Below are positions 1 through 7,510 of a DNA stretch of 64,000 nucleotides, in pieces. Source of the stretch: a virus; IMG/VR virus record IMGVR_UViG_3300036768_000279, positions 1 through 64,000 of that record; one strand, 5' to 3'. Position 1 is the first letter of the stretch. Each line of letters opens with the position of its first letter. The position numbers were made by a program, and so were the translations under genes. The notes under the pieces are model-generated. The model searched no databases. It was not told the origin of the DNA and saw only the letters and a program-made list of their open reading frames with translations.

Positions 1-2
1 CG

Positions 3-116
3 CCGCCCGATATCGTGAAGGACGCAAAAGTCCTTCTGAGTGAGTGGATATGGCTGCTGCTGTTTGCGATCGTGCTGGGTACGCTTAGCAGATTCTTCCA
101 CTGGACGGACGACTGA
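3..116 (+). CDS. 3' end of a small membrane protein (partial, runs in from window edge)
   Basis: Open frame ...KVLLSEWIWLLLFAIVLGTLSRFFHWTDD* with a hydrophobic segment, followed by a GC hairpin. Confidence 0.5.
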   Translation, partial: PPDIVKDAKVLLSEWIWLLLFAIVLGTLSRFFHWTDD

Positions 117-149
117 TAGGGGGGGGGCGGGTATTACCTGCCCCCCTAA
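117..149 (+). terminator. GC-rich hairpin, probable terminator
   Basis: TAG-G-run-CGGGT ATT ACCTGCCCCCCTA inverted repeat right after the stop codon. Confidence 0.5.
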
Positions 150-164
150 TTCTTGAAATAGAAG

Positions 165-193
165 TTGACAGACCGCACTTTCAAGGGTACTCT
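165..193 (+). promoter_or_regulatory. sigma70-type early promoter
   Basis: TTGACA-17-TACTCT, 8 nt before ATG 202. Confidence 0.75.
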
Positions 194-201
194 TAGTCAT
201 C

Positions 202-396
202 ATGAAGAACAGCACGTTCAACCTCGTTCTGGTTTCGATCATCCTCGCTCTGGTCGTCGGCGGCATTTTCGGATACGCCATCGCAGTGGGTGAAGTCCAT
301 AAGACAGCAGTCGCCAACGGCGTTGGCGAGTGGAGGGCAGTCAACGGCTATTCAAACGAATTCGTCTGGAAGCAGGGCTGCGGTTGCAACCGCTAG
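202..396 (+). CDS. small membrane-anchored hypothetical protein
   Basis: 64-aa ORF with an N-terminal TM helix, directly behind a promoter. Confidence 0.7.
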   Translation: MKNSTFNLVLVSIILALVVGGIFGYAIAVGEVHKTAVANGVGEWRAVNGYSNEFVWKQGCGCNR

Positions 397-446
397 TCCT
401 CAAGGGGTAGAGTATCCTTGTGCAGGCCAGCAAAGGAGAAACGGAC

Positions 447-752
447 ATGCCGAAAAAGGCAAACTTCGTCATCGGCGGGATTGTGGTGATAATGACTAGA
501 GAGCAGGCCGAACGTTGGAACCGTGGGGAGACGACCGATTACGACCTGCGAACCGTGCAGGCCAGTTTGCCAGACGAATACGAGCAGCCGAGCTACCTTC
601 GACGCGGGGGGATATTCATGGGGACGCCACGGCTAATTAGGGCAGGCCAAACTATTACGCTCGCCCGTGCGACGAACCGGCGACTCTCCCCACAAACGGC
701 GGTGGCGATGGACGGCATGCCCGCCGAGCGGTGCGGGGATTGGCACGATTGA
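447..752 (+). CDS. hypothetical protein
   Basis: AAGGAGA SD before ATG 447 (MPKKANF...). Confidence 0.7.
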   Translation: MPKKANFVIGGIVVIMTREQAERWNRGETTDYDLRTVQASLPDEYEQPSYLRRGGIFMGTPRLIRAGQTITLARATNRRLSPQTAVAMDGMPAERCGDWHD

Positions 753-784
753 TAAGCTCCCTGACTAGAAAACATTTCACATGG

Positions 785-811
785 GGCTGGGACGCAATCC
801 CGGCCCTTTTT
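785..811 (+). terminator. intrinsic terminator
   Basis: GGGCTGGGA-CGCAA-TCCCGGCCC then TTTTT. Confidence 0.7.
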
Positions 812-822
812 CGTATTCCTAC

Positions 823-841
823 GGCTGCCATTTTGGCAGCC
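823..841. repeat. TGCCA-N3-TGGCA palindrome, copy 1
   Basis: GGCTGCCA TTT TGGCAGCC. Confidence 0.8.
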
Positions 842-882
842 ACATGTCTATGGTGGCCCCAGGCCCTCGACCATGACACCTA

Positions 883-911
883 AGCATACCACACGAATCG
901 CGTGTTGTCAA
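883..911 (-). promoter_or_regulatory. leftward sigma70-type promoter L1 (no gene downstream)
   Basis: Reverse complement TTGACA-17-TGG-TATGCT; back-to-back with promoter 956-983. Confidence 0.65.
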
Positions 912-955
912 ATGGAATGCTTTTAGAGCAGACAGCAAGAAAAAGAGAAATCACC

Positions 956-983
956 TTGACTTTTTCCCAGAATGAGTTAGTCT
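956..983 (+). promoter_or_regulatory. early promoter
   Basis: TTGACT-16-TAGTCT with an A-rich upstream region. Confidence 0.6.
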
Positions 984-1034
984 ATTGGTGTCCGCAGTGG
1001 ACATTCAACCAACAACAAACGGAGAACACATCAC

Positions 1035-1226
1035 ATGAACACGAACGTCGAAACCAAGCGTGGCCGTGGCCGTCCCGCGACCTTCCCGAACAAGGCAACC
1101 AAGATGGCGGGCTACAACCTCCCCGTCGAGACCCTCGAACTCGTCCGCAAGGCGGCTGCGAAGCGTGAGGTCAACCAGAACCTCCTCGTGGACCGTGCCC
1201 TCCGGGCGTACCTCCGCAAGGGCTGA
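1035..1226 (+). CDS. ribbon-helix-helix (CopG/Arc-like) DNA-binding protein with AT-hook-like N-terminus
   Basis: KRGRGRP motif, then a beta strand (KMAGYNLP) and two helices (LELVRKAAAKR / NLLVDRALRAYL); GGAGA SD. Confidence 0.7.
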   Translation: MNTNVETKRGRGRPATFPNKATKMAGYNLPVETLELVRKAAAKREVNQNLLVDRALRAYLRKG

Positions 1227-1228
1227 TC

Positions 1229-1363
1229 GTGGCACACGAAATCTGGACAGGGCACAGGTACCTCTTCACCTGTGGCTGGAACGAAGACCCCTGGGAAGCC
1301 GCTGCGTACGTACGTGACGCCCGCGTGATCCGAGTGGTGCGAGGAACTCGCACCGAACTGTAA
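1229..1363 (+). CDS. hypothetical 44-aa protein (not in ORF track)
   Basis: GTG start 2 nt after the previous stop; MAHEIWTGHRYLFTCGWNEDPWEAAAYVRDARVIRVVRGTRTEL. Confidence 0.55.
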   Translation: MAHEIWTGHRYLFTCGWNEDPWEAAAYVRDARVIRVVRGTRTEL

Positions 1364-1384
1364 GCCCTGCGGGCTTGGGTTGAG

Positions 1385-1411
1385 AAGGGCTCCGAGAAAT
1401 CGGGCCCTTTT
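1385..1411 (+). terminator. intrinsic terminator
   Basis: AAGGGCTCCGA-GAAA-TCGGGCCCTT TT. Confidence 0.65.
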
Positions 1412-1415
1412 CTCC

Positions 1416-1443
1416 TTGACTTTACTCCTGCGAGGAGCATGCT
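1416..1443 (+). promoter_or_regulatory. early promoter, leaderless
   Basis: TTGACT-16-CATGCT-6-ATG. Confidence 0.6.
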
Positions 1444-1449
1444 CCGAGC

Positions 1450-1947
1450 ATGAATCACTACAACATAGAAGCCGAGGCCCTCGCCATCCGCGAAGAGGTC
1501 ATCCAGAAGTTCCCCGAGTACCTGGATCTGCTGCGTAGCGTCCGCATCCGCGTGTCCAATCGCACGACCCAAGCTCTCGGCGTCTGCCGTTTCAAGGGTG
1601 GCAAGCCCTACGAGATCGTCCTGTCCTTCGCTGCGTACAAGCACGACGAGAACAGGGGCGGGCTGCGTAACACGATGCTGCACGAAATCGCCCACGCCAT
1701 CGCTGGGCATGCGGCGGGCCATGGTCCGGTGTGGCGTGCTGCGGCCCGCAAGGTGGGTGCGACGCCCGAGCGTTGCGGCACGAAGCTAGCCGTGTCCCCT
1801 GTCACGCTCGTGTCGATCGCGTGCTACGTCTGCCAGGGCGAAATCAAGGTGACCCCGAGGCGTGCGGCGAAGGCCAAGCGTGGCGAGCGGTACCGTCACA
1901 CGACCTGTCGCCCGAAGGGCGACAAGTTCTACCCGTTTTTCCTTTGA
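1450..1947 (+). CDS. SprT-like zinc metalloprotease
   Basis: SNRTTQALGVC, LRNTMLHEIAHA (HExxH), GHGPVW...VGATPERC, C-terminal CxxC. Confidence 0.9.
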   Translation: MNHYNIEAEALAIREEVIQKFPEYLDLLRSVRIRVSNRTTQALGVCRFKGGKPYEIVLSFAAYKHDENRGGLRNTMLHEIAHAIAGHAAGHGPVWRAAARKVGATPERCGTKLAVSPVTLVSIACYVCQGEIKVTPRRAAKAKRGERYRHTTCRPKGDKFYPFFL

Positions 1948-2094
1948 CTTATCCCCTGCGGCGAACCTGCTGCATTCCATCTACGGGCCGAAGGACATCG
2001 GAGCTCCAGAAATCAGCATCGTGGATTTCGAGATCGTCGGCGAAGAGGGCGGTCATACCGTCCTGGTCAAGGTCGGCTACGAAATCTGATTTTT

Positions 2095-2165
2095 GTGCTC
2101 GACAACGTGACCTGGAAGGTCAGCGAAGCCGGTCGCCAGCATGTGATCCGCGAGAAAGTGTTCAA
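2095..2165 (+). pseudogene. fragment of a common phage hypothetical gene
   Basis: LDNVTWKVSEAGRQHVIREK resembles (from memory) a widespread phage motif V-S-E-A-G-R-Q-R-V-L-R-E-K-x-K-N-V-H-A, but the frame runs into promoter sequence; no SD. Confidence 0.4.
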
Positions 2166-2197
2166 GTCAAGTTCAACCAAGATTGCAGCGTTTTTGC

Positions 2198-2225
2198 TTG
2201 CGAAAACTCGTGAGCGAGGTATTCT
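2198..2225 (+). promoter_or_regulatory. early promoter, leaderless
   Basis: TTGCGA-16-TATTCT-5-ATG. Confidence 0.7.
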
Positions 2226-2230
2226 AAGAC

Positions 2231-2527
2231 ATGGCACTTCAAGTTCAACTCCTGCAAGACGCCCCCAAGGAAGTCGATCACGCTCCGCTCATGGAACTCA
2301 TGCAGTGGATTCGTGAGAACGGTGATACGGGCTTCTATCTGCCCTACGACAACGGTGAAACGGGATGCTGCGTCGTGGATCTCGGACATATGATCCAGGG
2401 CATCGAGGAATGGCAGGATCCTGACTTCGGTGGTGCGGACGCGGGCATTCCGCCCCCGCCCGACATCCGCGAGTATCTGCAAAAAGAAATCGCGGCTGGT
2501 CGTTGCCTCGCGTGGGTTTCGTGGTAG
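2231..2527 (+). CDS. hypothetical acidic protein
   Basis: 98-aa ORF directly after a promoter. Confidence 0.75.
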   Translation: MALQVQLLQDAPKEVDHAPLMELMQWIRENGDTGFYLPYDNGETGCCVVDLGHMIQGIEEWQDPDFGGADAGIPPPPDIREYLQKEIAAGRCLAWVSW

Positions 2528-2530
2528 AAT
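2503..2530 (+). promoter_or_regulatory. early promoter, leaderless
   Basis: TTGCCT-16-TAGAAT-6-ATG. Confidence 0.7.
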
Positions 2531-2536
2531 ACTGAC

Positions 2537-2857
2537 ATGAAGTACCGCATCATCAAGCACGACAAGCTCAACTGGGCCATCCAGGAATTCCAGGAAGGCG
2601 GCGGGGAAATCTCTCGCGGTCGCTACGCTGGCCAAGAGAAGCAAGAAAAGTGGAAGGCCCCCAAATCCTTCCATCCCTCGATCCGCAATGCGGCCCTCGC
2701 CTTGCTCGATCAGGCAGCGGGTGACGCCCTGCTGAGTGGCGAAGCCACCAGCATCCTCGAAGCCCTCAAGCTCGCGGAGCAGCGTGTGCAGGCTACGCTT
2801 GCGGTCATCGACATGGGGGTGGCGTATCCGCCCCCGCCCTCTCAGGAGGCTGTATGA
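2537..2857 (+). CDS. hypothetical protein
   Basis: 106-aa ORF directly after a promoter, coding-like codon usage. Confidence 0.75.
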   Translation: MKYRIIKHDKLNWAIQEFQEGGGEISRGRYAGQEKQEKWKAPKSFHPSIRNAALALLDQAAGDALLSGEATSILEALKLAEQRVQATLAVIDMGVAYPPPPSQEAV

Positions 2858-3012
2858 GCCGCGACCAGCAATACTGCGATGATTGCGGTGAGCCCATCAA
2901 GGACAAGAACTTCTACGCAATCACGAATCTAAAGGCGGACGCTTCTTCCGCCAACAAGGGAGAGAGTGCGATCCTATGTCTATGCTGTTTCAAGAAACAG
3001 CCCTCAGAATGA
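2854..3012 (+). CDS. small zinc-finger-like protein (52 aa, not in ORF track)
   Basis: AGGAGG SD, ATGA overlap; CDDC...CLCC. Confidence 0.65.
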   Translation: MSRDQQYCDDCGEPIKDKNFYAITNLKADASSANKGESAILCLCCFKKQPSE

Positions 3013-3024
3013 GGGCTATACTCC

Positions 3025-3052
3025 TTGACTTTTCTATGTGGCGTGCTATTCT
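3025..3052 (+). promoter_or_regulatory. early promoter
   Basis: TTGACT-16-TATTCT with extended TG; AGGAGA SD downstream. Confidence 0.75.
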
Positions 3053-3073
3053 TTGTTCTCTAGGAGAACAACT

Positions 3074-3235
3074 ATGGCACGCAACAAGAAGCAACGTCTC
3101 CCGCATGAAGTGGAGAAGCTGAAGGCCCGTTGTGCGGGCATGGCCTCGACCACGAAGAACCGCAAGACCCGTTTCAAGGATAGACGCAAGGATGCGTCTA
3201 GGAAGGCATGCCGTGGACAACAAAACGAAGACTGA
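3074..3235 (+). CDS. small highly basic protein
   Basis: MARNKKQR...FKDRRKDASRKACRG; SD AGGAGA. Confidence 0.65.
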   Translation: MARNKKQRLPHEVEKLKARCAGMASTTKNRKTRFKDRRKDASRKACRGQQNED

Positions 3236-3434
3236 TCTGGTAGCACAGTCCGAAGCGGAAGCTGCAAGGCTCAAGGCTGAGGGGTGGACCCAAAAGGACT
3301 TCGCACTAGCTCTTGTGAAGGCTCTTTGCGTATTCCATGACGTGACGCCATACGACCTGAGGGCTGTCGCTTTCAAGCTCAAAAAAGAACAACACAAACT
3401 ACTTGACGATTGGTTAGAATCGAGTATCCTCTAA
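3213..3434 (+). CDS. hypothetical protein
   Basis: GTG start after AGGAAGG; helical ORF. Confidence 0.6.
   Translation: MDNKTKTDLVAQSEAEAARLKAEGWTQKDFALALVKALCVFHDVTPYDLRAVAFKLKKEQHKLLDDWLESSIL
3403..3430 (+). promoter_or_regulatory. early promoter, leaderless
   Basis: TTGACG-16-TATCCT-6-ATG 3437. Confidence 0.65.
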
Positions 3435-3436
3435 CC

Positions 3437-3689
3437 ATGGCACAACTCGCAAAAACTTCCTACCAAGCATCACAAGGCTTTCGAGCGATTGCGTGAGCTT
3501 CGTGACACGATCGGATTCGGGGTCGCCGATGGCTATGCGTGGTACCTCGTTAAGAGCCGCAAGCCGCTTGTGTTGCAGCACATCGACTACCTCGATGGCT
3601 ACAGCGTGTCCGCCGCTATGATTCGCGGCCTGCGTACCGAGGACATCGACGCCCACGCTCGCCGTAGCAAGATGGGGTTCAAGTTCTAG
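3437..3689 (+). pseudogene. hypothetical phage gene split by a one-base frameshift in an A5 run
   Basis: Leaderless ATG gives MAQLAK; the body (LPTKHHKAFERL...GVADGYAWY) is in the +1 frame after AAAAA 3451-3455. Confidence 0.6.
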
Positions 3690-3718
3690 GGCTTCGCCCT
3701 AGAGTACCGGGTCGATGG

Positions 3719-3746
3719 GGGGCCGCTTTAAACGGCCCTCTTTTTC
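3719..3746 (+). terminator. intrinsic terminator
   Basis: GGGGCCGC TTTAA ACGGCCCT CTTTTT. Confidence 0.65.
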
Positions 3747-3872
3747 TATTTCAAGATAGCTTTGCTTGAAAAGCAAAAAGCTCAGTGATCCCCTCAAAAT
3801 GCTTACATAGAGAATTTCAGGAATCTCCGGGATTTCTTTACATTTACTTACATGGTGGCCACGCCACCAGGG

Positions 3873-3900
3873 TGCCAGAATGGCGGCTGGCATAACGGCA
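3873..3900. repeat. TGCCA-N3-TGGCA palindromes (degenerate pair)
   Basis: TGCCA GAA TGGCG and TGGCA TAA CGGCA. Confidence 0.6.
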
Positions 3901-3964
3901 GGAAAGAATTTCCTACGCACAAGTGCGTACGAAAAATAGCCCTTTCAGGGCTAGCCCCTCCTCA

Positions 3965-3993
3965 AGTATACCATAAAATCGCAAGGGAAGCAA
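3965..3993 (-). promoter_or_regulatory. leftward promoter L2 (no gene downstream)
   Basis: Reverse complement TTGCTT-17-TGG-TATACT; followed within about 30 nt by hairpin TAGCCCT-GAA-AGGGCTA-TTTTT. Confidence 0.7.
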
Positions 3994-4018
3994 GGGGAAA
4001 ATAAAAAAATCTTTTTGC

Positions 4019-4046
4019 TTGCATTCTCCCGATCCTAGGGTATAAT
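4019..4046 (+). promoter_or_regulatory. early promoter, leaderless
   Basis: TTGCAT-16-TATAAT-6-GTG. Confidence 0.8.
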
Positions 4047-4052
4047 TGTGGC

Positions 4053-4685
4053 GTGAACGAAACGAAAACGTCCGAGCTACTGGCAATCGTCGGCGGTCTC
4101 TCGAAACCGTCAAAAATGCCCGGCTTGGCATACGGCATTCCTGCCCAAGCGTGCAAGGTGGGGAGCCTACTCCGCAATATCAAGGGCTCAACGTGCGGCT
4201 CGTGCTACGCTCTCAAGGGTATGTACGTTTTGCCGCGTGTCCGCAAGGCGTTGGAGCGTAGGCTGGAAAGCCTTTCCAATCCCTTGTGGACGGCTGCTAT
4301 GACGGAACTGCTTTCCCGCAAGTGCAAAAAAGTTCCCTATTTCCGATGGCATGATGCGGGAGATATCCAAAGCCTGGAACATCTTTCCAAGATCGTGCAA
4401 ATCGCGAAAAATCTGCCGGGAATCAATTTCTGGCTGCCCACCCGCGAGACATCGATCCTGAAAGAGTTTCTCGCTCAGGGAAATACCTTCCCTGCCAATC
4501 TGACGGTTCGAGTGTCCGCCCCCATGATCGGGCGGGCACCCGAAAAGATTTCCGGCACCGTGGGGTCGAGTGTCGGAAATCCTGCCGCATTCCAGTGTCC
4601 GGCCCCCAAACAAGGAAATTCTTGCCAGGAATGCCGTGCCTGCTGGGATGCCAAGGTGGAAGAGGTGTCCTATTCGAAACACTGA
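4053..4685 (+). CDS. phage Gp88-like (radical-SAM-like Fe-S) protein
   Basis: LSKPSKMPG, CKVGS...STCGSCYALKG, FRWHDAGD, FWLPTRE, CPAPKQGNSCQECRACWD. Confidence 0.8.
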   Translation: MNETKTSELLAIVGGLSKPSKMPGLAYGIPAQACKVGSLLRNIKGSTCGSCYALKGMYVLPRVRKALERRLESLSNPLWTAAMTELLSRKCKKVPYFRWHDAGDIQSLEHLSKIVQIAKNLPGINFWLPTRETSILKEFLAQGNTFPANLTVRVSAPMIGRAPEKISGTVGSSVGNPAAFQCPAPKQGNSCQECRACWDAKVEEVSYSKH

Positions 4686-4783
4686 TAACGAACATTCTTC
4701 CTTCATCCTCAGTGTGCTCTTTTTTCTGTTCATCCTTGCGATTGCAGGGACTATCCTGAAAGGATTTCACACCTAACCTAGAC

Positions 4784-4825
4784 GGTGCCTGCCGAAATGG
4801 CAGGCACCGCTATGCCATAATGGCA
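4784..4825. repeat. TGCCA-N3-TGGCA palindromes (pair)
   Basis: GGTGCCTGCCG AAA TGGCAGGCACC and TGCCA TAA TGGCA. Confidence 0.8.
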
Positions 4826-4851
4826 GGAAAAAATGGCTACGCTGGCACCTA

Positions 4852-4880
4852 AGTATATCCCGCGAGCGGGATAAGGCTAG
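4852..4880 (-). promoter_or_regulatory. leftward promoter L3 (no gene downstream)
   Basis: Reverse complement CTAGCC-17-TATACT; sequence after the -10 (TAGGTGcCA) matches L1 (TAGGTGtCA). Confidence 0.5.
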
Positions 4881-4914
4881 CAGAATCCCGAAAAAAAGAA
4901 AAAGAAAATTCCCC

Positions 4915-4942
4915 TTGCCTTTTCCAGCCGATAGGGTACAAT
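4915..4942 (+). promoter_or_regulatory. early promoter
   Basis: TTGCCT-16-TACAAT, A-tract UP element, 5' hairpin in the leader. Confidence 0.75.
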
Positions 4943-4997
4943 TTAGACGTTCAAGCAATTCGCTTGGACGCACCTACCAAAACGGCAAGGCACCACC

Positions 4998-5372
4998 ATG
5001 AACGTTTCGATTGTCTCTCGTGCCGATGCGGTCCGCATGATCCGCGAGGCTCGCGGCATGATCTCCGTCTACTCCGTCAAGCGTGCCGACGGTTCGCTAC
5101 GTCGGTTCAACGGGTTCGCCGCGTGCAATCTCAGCAACGCGGAGCGGGCCGCGAGCACGAATGGGAAGGGAATGCCATTCGATCCCCTCGCTCACAATCT
5201 CATCCCTTTCTACGAAATGGTTTCCGAGTGCCAGAATGGTACTCGCGTCGTCAATGGTCGCACGATTGATTGCAAGATACGTCGCACGGTCGGAAAGCAA
5301 TTCAGAAACATCGCCATCGAAGGTATCCGTGCCTTCAAGGCCAGCGGCAGGACTTACACCGTTGCCGATTGA
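4998..5372 (+). CDS. hypothetical protein, possible SH3/Sm-like beta-barrel
   Basis: SVYSVKRADGSLRRFNG ... IPFYEM ... FRNIAIEGI pattern typical of phage SH3-fold proteins. Confidence 0.6.
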   Translation: MNVSIVSRADAVRMIREARGMISVYSVKRADGSLRRFNGFAACNLSNAERAASTNGKGMPFDPLAHNLIPFYEMVSECQNGTRVVNGRTIDCKIRRTVGKQFRNIAIEGIRAFKASGRTYTVAD

Positions 5373-5390
5373 ATTGTCCCGACGAATTCT

Positions 5391-5418
5391 CTAGACTTTT
5401 CCAGCTATAGGGTAACCT
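5391..5418 (+). promoter_or_regulatory. orphan early-type promoter with no ORF behind it
   Basis: CTAGAC-TTTTCCAGCTATAGGG-TAACCT; spacer nearly the same as that of promoter 4915. Confidence 0.5.
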
Positions 5419-5562
5419 ATAGTGCGATTGAGCGGGCCGAAAACGGCCCGCTGCCGCGTGCTCGCTCGCTCGCCGATAGCTTAGCTACGCGGGCGGGCGG
5501 AGCGTTCGCCCTAGGCCCGCGTAGGACGTTATAGGGCAAATCGAGTTTTTTGATTTTTCCCC

Positions 5563-5590
5563 TTGCTTTTTCGAGCCGCTAGGGTATACT
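5563..5590 (+). promoter_or_regulatory. early promoter
   Basis: TTGCTT-16-TATACT-5-ATG. Confidence 0.75.
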
Positions 5591-5595
5591 TCGGC

Positions 5596-5904
5596 ATGAT
5601 TAGGAAAGGGCACGCAATGGTAAGCATCACCTGGCACGGGCTGGAAATCACGGGCAACGTCGAGCATGACGCCGGGGTCCGCACGTTCTCGAACGGCGAT
5701 CCCGGCTATCCAGCCTCAACAGAAGTCTACGACATCGAAATCGAGGGCGTGGACGACGCGGAAGAGTTTTCCGCCCTGCTCGAAGAGCACGAAAAGCCTT
5801 CCGAGTGGAAGAGTCTTCCGCAAGAGGCAAGGGATTGGATCCTCTCGAAATGGGAAGATACCATCGCGGAAAAGTTCATCGACCGCTATTTTGAAGATAG
5901 ATAG
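5596..5904 (+). CDS. hypothetical acidic protein (start 5596 or 5617)
   Basis: ORF behind promoter; D/E-rich, contains NGDPGYP. Confidence 0.7.
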   Translation: MIRKGHAMVSITWHGLEITGNVEHDAGVRTFSNGDPGYPASTEVYDIEIEGVDDAEEFSALLEEHEKPSEWKSLPQEARDWILSKWEDTIAEKFIDRYFEDR

Positions 5905-5980
5905 CGGGTCTCGTGAGGGCCGGAAACGGCCCTCCGCTCTAGAGCGTTATATGCAATTGCGTGATTCTCGCAAATTCCCC

Positions 5981-6008
5981 TTGCCTTTTTCGTGCCCTAA
6001 TGTATATT
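5981..6008 (+). promoter_or_regulatory. early promoter, leaderless
   Basis: TTGCCT-16-TATATT-5-ATG. Confidence 0.75.
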
Positions 6009-6013
6009 AGGGC

Positions 6014-6466
6014 ATGAAGCGTCTAGTTCTGTTGCGTGGACCCTCTGGCTCCGGCAAGTCCACGCTCGCCAGCAAGATCCTGGGGACGCAATGCTCCAGT
6101 GCTCGTCATTTCGAAGCGGATCAGTTCTTCTACAATGACGGCATGTACGAATTCGATGCCTCCAAGCTGGCACAGGCTCACAGGGACTGCCAGCGTCGAG
6201 TTCGTGCCGCTATGGAAACCGGCGAGGAATTGCTGGTCGTCTCGAATACCAGCATGACACTTTGGGAGCTAGCTCCCTACTTGGCGATGGCCAAGGAATT
6301 CGGTTACGAAGTCGTAGTCTACCGTACCAAGGGGCCGTGGGACGCAGCCCTATTCGCGTCACGTAATCTTCACGGCGTGGCTAAGGATACTATACAAAAG
6401 CAAATCAACAAGTATCAGCCGCTCGAATACGAAGCCGAGTTCGAGACGGGAATCGATGGCAAGTAA
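6014..6466 (+). CDS. P-loop kinase (AAA_33 / polynucleotide-kinase-like)
   Basis: LLRGPSGSGKSTLA Walker A, HFEADQFF, AHRDCQ, VVSNT, RNLHGV. Confidence 0.9.
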   Translation: MKRLVLLRGPSGSGKSTLASKILGTQCSSARHFEADQFFYNDGMYEFDASKLAQAHRDCQRRVRAAMETGEELLVVSNTSMTLWELAPYLAMAKEFGYEVVVYRTKGPWDAALFASRNLHGVAKDTIQKQINKYQPLEYEAEFETGIDGK

Positions 6467-6588
6467 CCACTAACGGGGTACGGGGCGGGCCTGCGGGCTC
6501 GCCCCTTAGCTACGTTCGTCGTCGGCCCGCATAGCCTAGGGCCGTTTCCGGCCCGTATAGGGTAAATCGCTTTTTCGAGGAATTCCCC

Positions 6589-6616
6589 TTGCTTTATTCA
6601 CCCGCGATGGTATACT
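6589..6616 (+). promoter_or_regulatory. early promoter, leaderless
   Basis: TTGCTT-16-TATACT-5-ATG. Confidence 0.75.
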
Positions 6617-6621
6617 CTGGA

Positions 6622-6810
6622 ATGCAAAAGCAGACGATTATCACTATCTCGCGGGAAGACCTTTTCAAGTTGCTGGCCGAAAAGGGTTACGCTGTTCCGT
6701 CCACCGCTATCGTGATCAATGGTCCGCAGGATTGTACCAGCAACGTGGAATTCCCTATCGTGGTTTCGTGGGCGACAGTGCCTGATAGCACAAGCGATCC
6801 TAGAGCGTGA
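6622..6810 (+). CDS. hypothetical protein
   Basis: MQKQTIITISREDL..., leaderless start. Confidence 0.65.
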   Translation: MQKQTIITISREDLFKLLAEKGYAVPSTAIVINGPQDCTSNVEFPIVVSWATVPDSTSDPRA

Positions 6811-6840
6811 TAGAGCCAATCAAAAAACTAGGTTTTCGCC

Positions 6841-6869
6841 TTGCTTTTTTCGAGTCTGTAAGCTATTCT
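6841..6869 (+). promoter_or_regulatory. early promoter, leaderless
   Basis: TTGCTT-17-TATTCT-AAGAC-ATG (same junction as at 2220-2233). Confidence 0.75.
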
Positions 6870-6874
6870 AAGAC

Positions 6875-7162
6875 ATGGGCAAGCAACCGCTCGAAATCCA
6901 GCGGCATCTAGTCGCGAGTCTCGCACATATTTCAACAAATGATGCCAAACTCCTAGCAGAGGATGGCGTTATCGTGATTCACGACTACGAGGAAGGTTTT
7001 TGTATCCACGTCAACGGCGTGGAAGATTCTTTCCTGCGTGGCTTCGGCTATTCCGAGTCATTCCTCAGACTCATGTCGCTCGCTCGTGAGAACGCGTGCG
7101 ACTATCTCACCATTGATCGGGACGGACCCGAAATCGACGGCCTCGAAACGTTTTCGAGGTAA
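6875..7162 (+). CDS. hypothetical protein, DUF5983-like
   Basis: LVASLAHIS..D...L, YEEGF, LARENACDYLTIDRDGPEIDGLETF. Confidence 0.65.
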   Translation: MGKQPLEIQRHLVASLAHISTNDAKLLAEDGVIVIHDYEEGFCIHVNGVEDSFLRGFGYSESFLRLMSLARENACDYLTIDRDGPEIDGLETFSR

Positions 7163-7349
7163 GCATGGGTGGCGAGTGTCGCTCGCCACTACGCTACTCG
7201 TCCGCTGTTTTACAACCTCACGAAACGGGCTAGAAATGGCTATGCGGACGCTATTTCAAGCGTACGCAAAAAATTCCGGGAGTCCTGTTACATGCCTTTA
7301 CAGGACATGCCCTACCCCTGGACCGCCCGATTGTAAGGGAAGTGTAAAC

Positions 7350-7424
7350 TGCCAAGGTGGCAGGAAAACTCTTCCGTTTCGAGATCGTGGCGGAAAACGA
7401 TTCCGCCCATCCGCCATATCGGCA
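7350..7424. repeat. TGCCA-N3-TGGCA palindromes (two copies)
   Basis: TGCCA AGG TGGCA (7350-7362) and CGCCA TAT CGGCA (7412-7424). Confidence 0.7.
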
Positions 7425-7441
7425 GGTGAGAACACTTTTCC

Positions 7442-7470
7442 AGTATACCTTATGCTTATCAGCCTGTCAA
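7442..7470 (-). promoter_or_regulatory. leftward promoter L4 (no gene downstream)
   Basis: Reverse complement TTGACA-17-TATACT, near consensus. Confidence 0.75.
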
Positions 7471-7510
7471 TAGGAAAATCCTTCCCTATTGTAAAATGGC
7501 TATTTTTCGT

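Noticed and set aside
1942-1948. prfB-like CTT TGA C +1 frameshift site at the SprT stop, with an open +1 frame of about 47 codons
   Set aside because: No stimulatory SD just upstream, and the sequence is better explained as the -35 of a decayed promoter copy. Not fully excluded.
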